A stretch of 64,000 nucleotides of DNA, taken from assembly GCA_963667725.2 (NCBI GenBank), contig CAXXHO010000004.1, forward strand, positions 64,001-128,000, written 5' to 3'. The DNA comes from Treponemataceae bacterium. GTDB taxonomy: Bacteria > Spirochaetota > Spirochaetia > Treponematales > Rectinemataceae. Below are positions 18,571 to 28,613 of this stretch, piece by piece. Positions within the stretch are counted from its first letter, which is position 1, and each line of letters begins with the position of its first letter. The translations under genes were made by a program, and so were the position numbers. A model generated the notes under the pieces. It saw only the letters and a list, made by a program, of their open reading frames with translations, was not told the origin of the DNA and did no database searches.

Positions 18571-19541
18571 CGGCGTTCCTCCAGGCGAACCCGGGGGTCC
18601 AGGGCGGTGTAGACGAGGTCGACGATCAGGTTGATGGCGATGAACATGACGACGATCATCATGAGGTAGGCGACGATGACGGGGCGGTCCAGGACGCCGA
18701 TGCTGTCGATCAGGAGCTTGCCCATGCCGGGCCAGGCGAAGACGGTTTCGGTGACGGTGGCGAAGGCAATGGTTCTGCCGAATTCGAGGCCGAGGACGGT
18801 GACGATGGGAAGGAGGGTGTTTTTCAGAACGTGCACGAAGATGACGCGGGCGGGCCTGAGGCCTTTGGCCTTGGCGTACTTGACGTAGTCGCTGCGGACG
18901 ACTTCTTGAGTGCCCGCCCGCGTGAGACGAATCACGAGCGAGAGCTTGAAGCAGGCCAGATTGAAGGCCGGCAGCAGCATGTGCCTGAGGCCGTCCAGGG
19001 TGAGGAAGCTGAAGGGGATGCCGAAGAGGTCCTTTGTCTGGCCTCTGCCGGAGGCGGGGAGCCATCCCAGAAAGACTGAAAACACCATGACCATCATCAG
19101 GCCCAGCCAGAAGGAGGGGACGGAGAATCCGAAGGCGGAGAAGCCCATGATCATTTTGCTCCAGGGGGCGTCGGGTTTGAGCCCGCAGAGGAGGCCCAAG
19201 GGGATGCCCACGAGGATGGTGAGGAAGAGGGCGGCGAAGGCGATCTCCAGGGTGGCGGGCACGCGCTCGGCGATGAGGCCGAGCGCCGGCTCGTTGTACT
19301 TGAAAGACCGCCCGAGGTCGCCTTTGGCGGCGTTGGCGAGGAAGAGGCCGTACTGGGCGTAGAGGGGCTTGTCGAGGCCGAAGTGGCGGACGATGTCCGC
19401 GCGCTCGGCCTCGGTGGCGTCCGGGGATATGAGCACGTCGGCGGGATTGCCGATGGCGTAGACGCCCATGAACACCAGGAGCGACATCGCGAGGATGAGG
19501 ATAACGCTCTGGAAGAGCCGCCGAACGATAAAGACGACCAC
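18567..19541 (-). CDS. Peptide ABC transporter permease (OppB/DppB-like)
   Basis: GTG start after GGAGG; 'GLDKPL...GDLGRS', 'AKAKGL', 'ETVFAWPGMG'. Confidence 0.9.
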   Translation of the reverse strand: MVVFIVRRLFQSVILILAMSLLVFMGVYAIGNPADVLISPDATEAERADIVRHFGLDKPLYAQYGLFLANAAKGDLGRSFKYNEPALGLIAERVPATLEIAFAALFLTILVGIPLGLLCGLKPDAPWSKMIMGFSAFGFSVPSFWLGLMMVMVFSVFLGWLPASGRGQTKDLFGIPFSFLTLDGLRHMLLPAFNLACFKLSLVIRLTRAGTQEVVRSDYVKYAKAKGLRPARVIFVHVLKNTLLPIVTVLGLEFGRTIAFATVTETVFAWPGMGKLLIDSIGVLDRPVIVAYLMMIVVMFIAINLIVDLVYTALDPRVRLEERR

Positions 19542-19567
19542 GGTGTGTCCTCCGCTCCCTTGTCCGC

Positions 19568-21163
19568 TTACTTTACCGGCCTGACGTAATTGGCCAGGGT
19601 GTATTCGTCCATGCGCGCCTCGTAGGTGAGGCCTTTCTTGAGCGCCCAGGTAGTGGTCTGGTAGTAGAGCGGGATGATGGCGTGGTCTTTGGCGAAGGCG
19701 ATGCGCGCCGCTTCCTGGAGGAAGGATTCGCGCTTGTCGTCGTCGGAGGCCGCGGCCGCCGCCACGATCTGCTTGTCGAACTCGGGGTTGGAATAGCGGC
19801 CGCGGTTGTTGGCCCCCAGGCCCGCGGCGGTGTTGTAGGTGGCCAGGACGGCCGTCATGCCACGGGCGGAGTCGCCGGTGGTGTTGCCGAAGCCCATCAG
19901 GAAGATGCTGTACTCGAGCTTGGTGGCCGCCGTGCTGAAGACCGAGTAGGGCAGCGCCTGGACTTTGATGTCCAGCCCAATGCGGGCGAAGAACTGGCCG
20001 ATGGTCTGGGCGACCTGCTCGTCGTTGAGGTAGCGGTCGTTGGGCGAATGCAGGGTGAGGGAGAAGCCGTTGGGGTAGCCCGCCTCGGCGAGGAGGCGCT
20101 TGGCTTTCTCGACGTCGTAGGGTTCGGGCAGGAGGTCGGGGGCGTAGCCGACCATGCCTTCCGGGACGAACTGGCCGGCGGGCTCGGCCGCGCCGGAGAG
20201 GACGCGCTCGACCAGGGCCTGGCGGTTGATGGCCAGGGAAAGGGCTTCGCGGACTTTGGGGTCCTTGAGGGGGTTCTTGTCCAGGGGCTTGCCGTCCTTG
20301 CCGGCCACGAAGGGCGACTTGTCGCGGTTGGAGTCCATGTGGATGTACATCATGGTGGCTGCGGGCTTGGACAGGAGAGTGACGCGGCTGTCCTTGCGGA
20401 GCCTGTCCTGGTCCACGGGGGAGACTTGGTCGATCATGTCCACGTCGCCGGCCAGGAGGGCGGCCACGCGGGAGGGGTCGTTGGTGATGGGCCTGAAGAT
20501 GACGCGGTCGTAGGAGGATTTGACGCCCCAGTAGGCGGGGTTCTTGTCCAGGACGAGGCGGTCGCCGCGCACCCATTCGACGAATTTGAAGGGGCCAGTG
20601 CCGTTCACGTACTTGCCTTTGTTGAAGTCGTCCTGGGTGGCGTCGGCCGGGGTGGTCGAAGGCAGGACGTACACGAAGGTGAGGTCGATGGGCAGCTGGG
20701 GCGAGGGGGTCTTGAGAAGGAGCCTGACAGTGAGGTTGTCCACGGCCACGGCATCCTTGATGGCGGCCACGTTGCGCTTGTAGCTGGAGGGGGAGTCGGG
20801 CACGCGGGGGATGCGCTTGAGGCTGAAGACGATGTCGTCGGCGCCGAAGAGCTTGCCGTCGTGGAACTTGACGCCGGGCCTGAGCTTGAGTTCCCAGGTG
20901 AGGGAGTCGACTTCCTTCCAGGAGAGGGCGAGGTTGGGGATCATGCGCAGGTTCTTGTCCCTGCCCACGATGGTCTCGAAGATTTGCTGGGAGGCGAGCT
21001 GGGTGGCTCCGGTGGTGGAGTACTGGGGGTCGATGGAGGCGGGTTCGGTGGAGACGCCCACTTTGAGGGTGGTCTGCGCGTAGGCGCCGAAGAGCGCCGC
21101 GAAAATGGCGGCGACGGCGAGCGCGAGGGTTGCGCGGCGTCGGGCGACGGTTCCTTTCGTCAT
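19568..21163 (-). CDS. Family 5 ABC substrate-binding protein (OppA/DppA-like)
   Basis: Signal peptide, 'LRPGVKFHDG', 'GTGPFK', 'AKRLLAEAGY'. Confidence 0.92.
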   Translation of the reverse strand: MTKGTVARRRATLALAVAAIFAALFGAYAQTTLKVGVSTEPASIDPQYSTTGATQLASQQIFETIVGRDKNLRMIPNLALSWKEVDSLTWELKLRPGVKFHDGKLFGADDIVFSLKRIPRVPDSPSSYKRNVAAIKDAVAVDNLTVRLLLKTPSPQLPIDLTFVYVLPSTTPADATQDDFNKGKYVNGTGPFKFVEWVRGDRLVLDKNPAYWGVKSSYDRVIFRPITNDPSRVAALLAGDVDMIDQVSPVDQDRLRKDSRVTLLSKPAATMMYIHMDSNRDKSPFVAGKDGKPLDKNPLKDPKVREALSLAINRQALVERVLSGAAEPAGQFVPEGMVGYAPDLLPEPYDVEKAKRLLAEAGYPNGFSLTLHSPNDRYLNDEQVAQTIGQFFARIGLDIKVQALPYSVFSTAATKLEYSIFLMGFGNTTGDSARGMTAVLATYNTAAGLGANNRGRYSNPEFDKQIVAAAAASDDDKRESFLQEAARIAFAKDHAIIPLYYQTTTWALKKGLTYEARMDEYTLANYVRPVK

Positions 21164-21274
21164 GATGGTTCCTCCTGGAAATGCCTGGGTATGGGGCATC
21201 GGGCCTCCGCGGGCCCTTAGCGCTATTCTAGGGTCGCCTTTGGGCGGGGTATGTAGGAGCCCGGCGGAACTTCG

Positions 21275-21293
21275 CGTAGGACGGCGTCCTACG
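21275..21293. promoter_or_regulatory. Palindromic operator candidate upstream of the ABC operon
   Basis: CGTAGGACG-G-CGTCCTACG; extra GTAGGA half-site at 21253; TAGAAT on the minus strand at 21225-21230. Confidence 0.55.
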
Positions 21294-21295
21294 AA

Positions 21296-21328
21296 GTTAA
21301 CTATTGGGGTCAGACCCCAATAGTTAAC
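21296..21328. repeat. Perfect 33-bp palindrome built on GGGGTCAGACCCC
   Basis: GTTAACTATTGGGGTC-A-GACCCCAATAGTTAAC; contains the response regulator stop codon. Confidence 0.9.
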
Positions 21329-21959
21329 CGAAGTCGGCCAGGCCGTGGAGGTGGGCGTAGCGCATGAGCTGGCTGTTGTTCTCGAAGCGCATTTTCTCCA
21401 TGAGCCGGGTGCGGTAGGTGCTGACCGTTTTGACCGAGAGGTTGAGGGCGGCGGCGATCTCGCCCACGCTCCTGCCGCCGGCCAGGAACTTGAGGATCTG
21501 GAATTCGCGGTCTGAGAGGCGGAGGTGGGGGCTGTCCTCGCCGCCGGAGAGTTCGTCCAGGAGGAGCTCGCCGGCCTTGGGGCTGAGGTAGCGCCTGCCC
21601 GCCAGCACGGTTTTGACAGCCTCGACGAGCTCGCCGGGGTCGATGGCTTTGTTGGCGCAGCCGGAGGCGCCGAGCCTGAAGGCGCGCAGGGCGTACTGTT
21701 CCTCCGGTAGGATGGTGAGGACGAGGATGTGGGTGGCGGGGTCGAGGTCCTTGAGGTCGCGGATGAGGTCGAGGCCGTCCATGCCGGGCATGGAGAAGTC
21801 CAGGATGACGAGGTCGTAGCTTGCGGCGCGCGCGAGGCCGAGGACGGCGTGGCCGTCCTCGGCCTCGTCCACGGCGCAGTCGGGCAGGGTGGATTCAAGG
21901 AGCTGGCGCAGGCCTTTGCGCACGAGGAAGTGGTCGTCGGCCACGAGTATGCGTTTCAT
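21324..21959 (-). CDS. NarL/FixJ-family response regulator
   Basis: REC domain 'ADDH...LDFSMPGMDG' and LuxR HTH 'LSDREFQI...LSVKTVSTYR'. Confidence 0.92.
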   Translation of the reverse strand: MKRILVADDHFLVRKGLRQLLESTLPDCAVDEAEDGHAVLGLARAASYDLVILDFSMPGMDGLDLIRDLKDLDPATHILVLTILPEEQYALRAFRLGASGCANKAIDPGELVEAVKTVLAGRRYLSPKAGELLLDELSGGEDSPHLRLSDREFQILKFLAGGRSVGEIAAALNLSVKTVSTYRTRLMEKMRFENNSQLMRYAHLHGLADFG

Positions 21960-24900
21960 GGTTCCTCCGAGGTGCGGCGGGGTCTGGCCACGGGAAAACG
22001 CGCGGTGACCGTGCAGCCGCCGCCCGGCGGCGACGCGAAGCTCAAGGCGCCTTTTCGGGCGGCGCAGGCCTCCCGCATGCCGATAATGCCGAACGAGTCG
22101 CGCGCCGCGATCTTGGCCGCCCCGATGCCGACGCCGTCGTCCTGGACTTCGAGGAGGTAGAAGCCCTCCTCGAGGCGGAAGCGCACGGCGGCGGTTGTGG
22201 CCTGGGCATGCCTTGCCACATTGCTGAGCATTTCCTGCAGGAGGCGGAAAAAGGCCTTGGCGGTGTCCGCCGGCATGTCCTTCCAGCCGGGTCCGATGTC
22301 CAGGCTCGTCCCGATGCCGCTCATGCGGTCGAAGCTCCTCACGTAATACTTCAGGACGTCGGGGAAGTCCAGCGTGTCCAGGCCGACGGGGCGCAGGCGG
22401 GTGGCCACGACCTTGACCGCGGCCATGGCGTCCAGGATGCCTTTCTGCAGCTGGGCCACCACGGGCAGGCGCTCGGAGGCCTCGGCCTCGGGGTGCCGGG
22501 CGAGCCAGTAGGCGTGGAAATTGAGGACCATGAGGTGCTGGCCGATCTCGTCGTGGACGTCGCGGGCGGCGATGGTGCGCTCCTCCTCCCTGGCATCCTC
22601 GATGTGGCGGGCGAAGCGCGCGAGGAGTTCGTTGCGGCGCTTGAGGCTGCGCAGGGCCGCCATGACGCCCGCCACCACGAGGAGGGCGAGGCCGGCGGCG
22701 GAGGCGGCGCGGAACCACCAGGCTCCCCACCAGGGCGGGCTGACGACGATGGCCAGGGAGGCGCCGTAGCGGTTCCAGACGCCGTTGCCGTTGGCGGCGC
22801 GCACGCGGAGCATGTAGCGCCCGGGGGCGAGGGGCGCGATGTAGCCCGAGTTCATGGAGCCCATGTCGGACCAGGCCGACTGCCGGCCTTCGAGCATCAT
22901 GGCGTAGCGGTTCCTGCCCGAGGAGGAGAAGTCGATGGCGGCGATGGTGAAGCGCAAGCCGGCGTTGCCGTAGCCGAGGCTGATCTCGTCGCGCTCGGGG
23001 GAGCGCCTGGCCGCGCCGGAGCCGCCGGCGGTCTCAACGTCGGCGACGATGACGTCGGGCGGAAGGCCGTAGCGCGAGACTTTGGCGGGGTCGAAGCGGG
23101 TGATGCCGCCCTCGCCTCCCAGCCAGATATGGCCGTCCGAGTCCGCCAGGACCATGCCCGCGCCGTAGCCGCCGGGGGCGAGCCCGTCCTCGGGGCCGAA
23201 GCGAAAGAGGTCGCCGCGCTGGGGGTCGTAGGCGTAGAAGCCGCGGGAACCGGCCACCCAGAGGATGCCCTGGCTGTCCTCTGCCAGGCCGTAGATGGTT
23301 TCGTCGTCCAAGCCCGATGCGACAGCCCGCGCGCCTATGGTTTCGGTTTTAGGGTCGATGGCGGCGAGGCCGCCGCCGCCCATGCCGACCCAGAGCCTGC
23401 CGCGGGAGTCTTCCAGGACGGCGTTGACGCGCAGGCTGCCCAGGCCTTCACGGCTGCGGCCGCCTCTGCCGAAGGACCTGAAACGCGCGCCGCTGGGTTC
23501 GCGGACGAAGAGGCCGGCGTCGGCAGTCCCCGCCCAGGTTCTGCCCGACGAATCGCGGTAGAGGCAGGAAATCGTGGAGGCGGGCAGGCGCGGAGGCTGC
23601 TGCTGCGAGGGCAGCGGGGCTTGCCCCGCCGCGTAGCCCCAATGCTCGGCCTTGCCCGTGCGCGGATCGACGAGGTCGAGGCCGCCGCCTTCCGTGCCCA
23701 CCCAGATTTTGCCGTTTTCGGCTTCAAGAAGGCTTAGGACATAGGGGGAAGCGATCCTGACGATGCGGCCGTCCGGTCTGCGCCCGACCAAGCCTTCCCT
23801 GCCCATGCCCAGCCAGAGCGAGCCGTCGGCGAGGGCCAGGATTGCCTGCGCCTTTCCGCGGGCGGCCGGCGGCATCGGCGTGGCCGGCGCGAACGCGCCG
23901 GCCACCGCATCGAACGCGACGAGCCCGGAATTCGAGCCCGCCGCCAACAGCCGCCCCGAGGGTGTCTTGGCCATCGCCGCAACCGCGCCGAGCGTTCCGC
24001 CGCCCGCGACCGCCGAGAAGCGCTGGAAATTGGCCGAGCGGAAATCGCCGGTGAGGAGGCCGCCCGACCGCATGCCCGCCCAGAGCAGGCCGCGGCGGTC
24101 GCGCAGCATGGCCGAGACTTCGCGCCCCTGGCCAAAGGGGTACGCCGCAAGCTCCATGCTCGAAGGGTCGAGGATGCCCACCCCGCCCTCGCGCAAGCCC
24201 ACCCAGATTTGGCCCTGCTGGTCCTCGGCGATGGCGGAAACGGCTATGGCCGCGCCCGCCGCCGCGCCGCCCTTGGCGCCGGCCGCCAAACGGGCATGCC
24301 TGAATTTTCCGCCCTCGAAAAGGTCGAGGCCGCCGTCCGCGTAGCCCACCCATAAAAAGCCGAGCGAATCTTCCATTATCGCGCTGACGCGATCGGAGGC
24401 GAGGCCGCCCGCGCCCTTCGCGTAGCGCGCCAGGGGTTTCCCCTCGCCGTCGAGGAGCGAAATGCCCGCCCCGTCGGTGCCGACCCAGACCCGCTCCCTC
24501 GCGTCGGCGGCGAGGGCCGTCACCGCTGCGCCCGTATCGCCCGGCGCCGCGAACACTCCTCCCGTCAGGCTTTCGGGATCGATCGCCCAGACCGTGCCGT
24601 CATTCGCCCCGGCGAAGACCCTGCCCCGCAGGTCGATGGCTAAGGCGGCGATCCGCAGGGAGCGCTCGCCGGGCGGGTCGGCCAGCTGGACCCGCCGGAA
24701 CTCACCTGAGAGCGTATCGTACCGCAGGACGCCGTCGGAGGCGGCGATCCAGATCCCGTTCCGGCCGTCGGCCAATATCCTGTTGATCGAGGGCACGCCC
24801 AGTACGCCGCCCCAGGTTTCCGGCCTGAACGAGGCGAAGCCCTGGCCGTCGTAACGGTACAGGCCGTCGCCGGCGCCGATCCAGATCAGGCCCCTGCTGT

Positions 24901-25078
24901 CCTGGGCGATCGAATGGATAGCGCCGCCCGCGAAACCCTGGTCCCTGCCCAGGGTACGCCAGGCGATGTCCGCAGGGTCGCTGGCCCACGCCCGCATTGC
25001 GGCCAGCGCGAAGGCAAGGGCGCAGAGAACGGTCCTCCGCCGCAAAAAATGAGTCAGCCGTCCGCGCTTGGTCGCCAT
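21956..25078 (-). CDS. Sensor histidine kinase with beta-propeller/Y_Y_Y sensor and HisKA_3 domain
   Basis: Repeated 'DSRGxxWVG' blades, TM helix, 'EERTIAARDVHDEIGQ', 'DDGVG', 'GIIGMRE'. Confidence 0.9.
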   Translation of the reverse strand: MATKRGRLTHFLRRRTVLCALAFALAAMRAWASDPADIAWRTLGRDQGFAGGAIHSIAQDSRGLIWIGAGDGLYRYDGQGFASFRPETWGGVLGVPSINRILADGRNGIWIAASDGVLRYDTLSGEFRRVQLADPPGERSLRIAALAIDLRGRVFAGANDGTVWAIDPESLTGGVFAAPGDTGAAVTALAADARERVWVGTDGAGISLLDGEGKPLARYAKGAGGLASDRVSAIMEDSLGFLWVGYADGGLDLFEGGKFRHARLAAGAKGGAAAGAAIAVSAIAEDQQGQIWVGLREGGVGILDPSSMELAAYPFGQGREVSAMLRDRRGLLWAGMRSGGLLTGDFRSANFQRFSAVAGGGTLGAVAAMAKTPSGRLLAAGSNSGLVAFDAVAGAFAPATPMPPAARGKAQAILALADGSLWLGMGREGLVGRRPDGRIVRIASPYVLSLLEAENGKIWVGTEGGGLDLVDPRTGKAEHWGYAAGQAPLPSQQQPPRLPASTISCLYRDSSGRTWAGTADAGLFVREPSGARFRSFGRGGRSREGLGSLRVNAVLEDSRGRLWVGMGGGGLAAIDPKTETIGARAVASGLDDETIYGLAEDSQGILWVAGSRGFYAYDPQRGDLFRFGPEDGLAPGGYGAGMVLADSDGHIWLGGEGGITRFDPAKVSRYGLPPDVIVADVETAGGSGAARRSPERDEISLGYGNAGLRFTIAAIDFSSSGRNRYAMMLEGRQSAWSDMGSMNSGYIAPLAPGRYMLRVRAANGNGVWNRYGASLAIVVSPPWWGAWWFRAASAAGLALLVVAGVMAALRSLKRRNELLARFARHIEDAREEERTIAARDVHDEIGQHLMVLNFHAYWLARHPEAEASERLPVVAQLQKGILDAMAAVKVVATRLRPVGLDTLDFPDVLKYYVRSFDRMSGIGTSLDIGPGWKDMPADTAKAFFRLLQEMLSNVARHAQATTAAVRFRLEEGFYLLEVQDDGVGIGAAKIAARDSFGIIGMREACAARKGALSFASPPGGGCTVTARFPVARPRRTSEEP

Positions 25079-25117
25079 GGTGACGATGGTAGCCCGAACG
25101 AGGCGCCTTTTCCATAT

Positions 25118-25301
25118 GACAGGACGACAGGAGGGGACAGGATTTACAGGAAATGTGTTTAGGTTAAGAGAACACGCGGCTCTTCTCTTAACCCTTTTTT
25201 TATTTCCATTTCTTCTCTTCTCTTTCTTTCTTAACCAAAAGCTCTTTCCTGTCAGTCCTGAGGAGTCCTGGGATCCTGTCGTGGAGTCCTGTCGTCCTGT
25301 C
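25118..25301 (+). repeat. Long hairpin repeat, copy 11
   Basis: Lies between divergent genes; extra arm units. Confidence 0.95.
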
Positions 25302-25355
25302 CTCTTCACGGGCTTGAGGATTGTTGCCTGAGGCGAAGCATTGTATCCTTCCCGC

Positions 25356-26588
25356 GTGGACCTTCAAAAGATAGGCAAGCTCGGCCTGCTGCTCGCGATT
25401 CTCGCGCTCGCCCATTGGGCGGGAGGATTCCCCACGTTCCATGTGACGCTGGAGGGCATGTGCCTGATCGCGGCGCTCTCAATCTACGTCATCGGCACCC
25501 GCACCTACCGCTTCTCGAACAGCGTGATGCTCCTCTATATCAGCGTGGCGTTCATGTACGTCGGGGCGCTCGAAGTGCTCCACCTGTTCTACTATAACGG
25601 CGTCGGCCTGCTGCAGGGCGCCTCGACCAACCGGGCCGCGCAGTTCTGGACCGCCTCGCGCGCCCTGGAAATCGGGGCGATCTGCGCAGTGCCCCTCGCC
25701 CTCAAGCGCCGATCTTCCCGCCTCAGGCTCCATCTCGGCTTTTTCGCGGCCGCCGCCCTCCTAGCCGCCTCGATTCTGGCGGGAATCTTTCCGGCCTGCT
25801 TCGTCGAGGGCTCGGGCTACACCGCCTTCAAGCGCTGGGCCGAACTGGCAATCGCAGCCGCGTCGGCCGCGAGCCTTGTGATGATGAGGGCGACGCCAGG
25901 CAAGGTTGGGAGCAAGGTTTCAGCAAGGACAATGTCGGGCGTCGCGGCTTTCGGAGCCTCGGGCCTGCTCTTCGCCTTCAGGCTCGCCCACCAGGGGCCG
26001 CTTGACGCCTTCGCCCATCTCCTCAGCCTTCTCTCCTTCGCTTTTTTCTGGTCCATCGTGATCGAGGAGGGGCTCGACCGCCCTTACGAGCACATGTTCC
26101 GCGAAATCTACGAGCGCTCCACCCGCGACATCCTGACGGGGCTCCGCAACCGCGCGGGCTTCGACCGCGACGCGGAGTCGGCGCTCGCCGCCAAGGGCGC
26201 CGGGGAGACTGAGTTCTCGCTTTTAGCCATGGATTTGGACGATTTCAAGCAGGTGAACGACGACTTCGGCCACCCGGAGGGCGATGTGGCGCTCAAGGAG
26301 TTCGCGGCCATCCTCGCCGAAGCGCTGGGCGAAGGCCCTCTTATCGCCCGTTACGGCGGGGACGAATTCGTGGTGCTCGCCGAGGGCGGCGCGGCCTGGG
26401 CTTCAGCCGCCGAGGCTAGGCTGCGCAGCCGCGCCGCGGCATGGCGCGAATCCCCGCGCCGTACGGCCCTGGGGCTTTCACTCGCTTGGGTGTCGCGGCG
26501 CGGCGGTCCGGGCGCCGCCCTGGAAGCCCTCTATCGCGAGGCCGACGCCCTCATGCTCGACGAGAAGCGCCGGAAGCACGCGCGATAG
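25356..26588 (+). CDS. Membrane diguanylate cyclase (MASE3-like + GGDEF)
   Basis: Multiple TM helices; 'DILTGLRNR', 'DLDDFKQVND', 'RYGGDEF'. GTG start inferred from the TATCCT box. Confidence 0.88.
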   Translation: MDLQKIGKLGLLLAILALAHWAGGFPTFHVTLEGMCLIAALSIYVIGTRTYRFSNSVMLLYISVAFMYVGALEVLHLFYYNGVGLLQGASTNRAAQFWTASRALEIGAICAVPLALKRRSSRLRLHLGFFAAAALLAASILAGIFPACFVEGSGYTAFKRWAELAIAAASAASLVMMRATPGKVGSKVSARTMSGVAAFGASGLLFAFRLAHQGPLDAFAHLLSLLSFAFFWSIVIEEGLDRPYEHMFREIYERSTRDILTGLRNRAGFDRDAESALAAKGAGETEFSLLAMDLDDFKQVNDDFGHPEGDVALKEFAAILAEALGEGPLIARYGGDEFVVLAEGGAAWASAAEARLRSRAAAWRESPRRTALGLSLAWVSRRGGPGAALEALYREADALMLDEKRRKHAR

Positions 26589-26767
26589 GACAGGACGATA
26601 CGACAGGACGACAGGACTAGACAGGATCTACAGGAAATGTGTTTGGGTTAAGAGAACGCGCGGCTCTTCTCCTAACCTTTTTTTTAATCTTTTCTTCTCT
26701 TCTCTTCTCTTCTCTTTCTTAACCAAAAGCTCCTTCCTGTCAGTCCTGTGTTTCCTGTCGTCCTGTC
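26589..26767 (+). repeat. Long hairpin repeat, copy 12
   Basis: Fills almost the whole gap between convergent genes. Confidence 0.95.
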
Positions 26768-26771
26768 GTAT

Positions 26772-27281
26772 TTACTTGCCGCCCTTCCCGCCCTTTTCGG
26801 GTTTCTCCCCCTTGCCCTGCTTTTCCTCGCGCTCTTGCTTCCGCTCACGGGCTTCCTTGCCGATCTTGTCGCCGCGCTCGACGATTTTGCCCTTTAGGGC
26901 GAAGAACTCGTCCGAACCGGGCTTTACGCCGAGGACCTGGGCGAGGACGCCCCAGCCGTGGCCTTCGGTGCCTTCGGCGAGGGCGACCGCGTCGGCGAGG
27001 GGCATGGCGGTTTTCGCCGAGATCTCGAGAGCCAGCCAGAGCTCGCCGGGCGTGGCGCCCGAGTCGTAGTAGGCCTGGAGCACCGCCTGATCGACGGCGA
27101 ACTCCTCGGCGAGCATCGCCAGGATGGCGGCGGGGTCGCCCTCGGCGGCCTGGTCGAGTTCCTCCAGAGTCTCCTTGAGGTCTTCGTCGGCTTGTTGCTC
27201 TTGCGCCATGGCGGCCTGCGCCGCACCGAAAAGCAGGGCGAGTACTGCGAGCGTCACGATCCATTTTTTGATTGTGTTCAT
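26772..27281 (-). CDS. Secreted hypothetical protein with Lys/Gly-rich tail
   Basis: GGAGG RBS, signal peptide, 'GWGVLAQVLGVKPGSDEF'. Confidence 0.75.
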   Translation of the reverse strand: MNTIKKWIVTLAVLALLFGAAQAAMAQEQQADEDLKETLEELDQAAEGDPAAILAMLAEEFAVDQAVLQAYYDSGATPGELWLALEISAKTAMPLADAVALAEGTEGHGWGVLAQVLGVKPGSDEFFALKGKIVERGDKIGKEARERKQEREEKQGKGEKPEKGGKGGK

Positions 27282-27391
27282 CTGGTACCTCCGTTGCTCC
27301 CTTTTTCGGGAAGCTACGCCCAGGGATACGCCGCGGTCCGGCGATCGGTTGCAGGGTGGCCAAAGCGTCGGGCGCCTGGTATATTTCAGGA

Positions 27392-27973
27392 ATGAAGGGC
27401 GATCAGGCTGACGACGACGCGGTGGCGCGAGTGCTCTCGGGGGACCGGGACGCATTCCGCTCGCTCGTGGACCGCTATGGGCAGCGGATCATCGCCTTCT
27501 GCGGCTCTCGCTTGCGCTCGGAGGACGAGGCGCGCGACGCCGCGCAGGAAGTCTTCGTCCGCGCTTACCGCTCGCTCGGCACGTTCCGCCGGGGCGAGAG
27601 TTTCCCCGCCTGGCTTTTCGCCATCGCCGCCAATCAGCTCCGCACGCGGTTCCGCGTCTTCGCCTCAGACCGGCACAAGGTGGAGGCGGCGGGCTCCGAG
27701 GCCGCCGCGGCGGCGTCCGCCGATCCTGCGGAGGAGGCTGCCGACGCCATCAGGGCGCAGGCGCTCAGGAGGGCGGTGGCCGCACTGCCCCGCGACCAGC
27801 GCCTGCCGGTGGAGCTCTACTATTTCGGCGAGCTGTCGGTGGCCGAAGTCGCCCGCGCCCTGGGCCTGGGCGAGGAGGCGGTGAAGACGCGGCTGTTCCG
27901 CGCGCGCAAGGCGCTGCGGATCGCGTTGGAAGGAAAGCAACCCCGCGAGGGTTCCCGAGGTATACAGAAATGA
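27392..27973 (+). CDS. ECF RNA polymerase sigma factor
   Basis: 'ARDAAQEVF', 'FPAWLFAIAAN', region 4 'EVARALG...VKTRLFRAR'. Confidence 0.9.
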   Translation: MKGDQADDDAVARVLSGDRDAFRSLVDRYGQRIIAFCGSRLRSEDEARDAAQEVFVRAYRSLGTFRRGESFPAWLFAIAANQLRTRFRVFASDRHKVEAAGSEAAAAASADPAEEAADAIRAQALRRAVAALPRDQRLPVELYYFGELSVAEVARALGLGEEAVKTRLFRARKALRIALEGKQPREGSRGIQK

Positions 27974-28611
27974 TGAACTGTGATAACACGCGCGCCTTGG
28001 TCGACGAATGGGAAGCCGGCACGGCGCCCTCCCGCGGCCCGGAGGAATTGGCGGCCCACCTCGCTTCCTGCGCCGACTGCGACGAACGCTTTGGCGCTCT
28101 TCTGCCCTTAGTGGAGCGCGACTGCCGCGAAGCGATGGGGTCCGAGTCCAGCGAGTGCCCGGGGGCTGACCCCTGTCTTGGCGACGCGGTCATGGCTTCC
28201 CTCGATGCGCCGAGGCGGGGGCTTTCGCCCTTCGCGCCCGCGGCGCGGATTCATGCCGTATCCACGCATCTTCTGGCGGCGGCCGCCGCGGCGATCTTCG
28301 TCCTGGGATTGGGCCTGGGCATCTATTTCGCCCGTCAGGGGAGCAGCACGGTGACGGTGAGCTTCGCCCTGCAGGCGCCCCAGGCATCGACGGTCTCGCT
28401 GGCGGGCGACTTCAACGGCTGGTCGGGCGAGGGTTACCAGCTGCGCCGCGTGGGCAGGTCGGGCACCTGGGAGATCAAGGTGCCGCTCAAGCGGGGCAAG
28501 GCCTATGTGTACAATTTCGTGATCGACGGCAAAGTATGGATCGCCGACCCTGCCGTGCCGGCCAAGATCGACGACGGTTTCGGAGGCTCCGGCAGCCTCC
28601 TGAGGCTCTAG
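27970..28611 (+). CDS. Probable anti-sigma factor: zinc finger, TM helix, CBM48-like glycogen-binding domain
   Basis: 'HLASCADC', TM helix, 'VSLAGDFNGW...YNFVIDGKVWIADP...DDGFGG'. Confidence 0.8.
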   Translation: MMNCDNTRALVDEWEAGTAPSRGPEELAAHLASCADCDERFGALLPLVERDCREAMGSESSECPGADPCLGDAVMASLDAPRRGLSPFAPAARIHAVSTHLLAAAAAAIFVLGLGLGIYFARQGSSTVTVSFALQAPQASTVSLAGDFNGWSGEGYQLRRVGRSGTWEIKVPLKRGKAYVYNFVIDGKVWIADPAVPAKIDDGFGGSGSLLRL

Positions 28612-28613
28612 CC

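Noticed and set aside
13735..25309. Long N-terminal extensions and antisense ORFs in the ORF track (836, 776, 669, 1117, 638 aa)
   Set aside because: High-GC open-frame artefacts; RBS or -10 evidence and domain boundaries support shorter genes.
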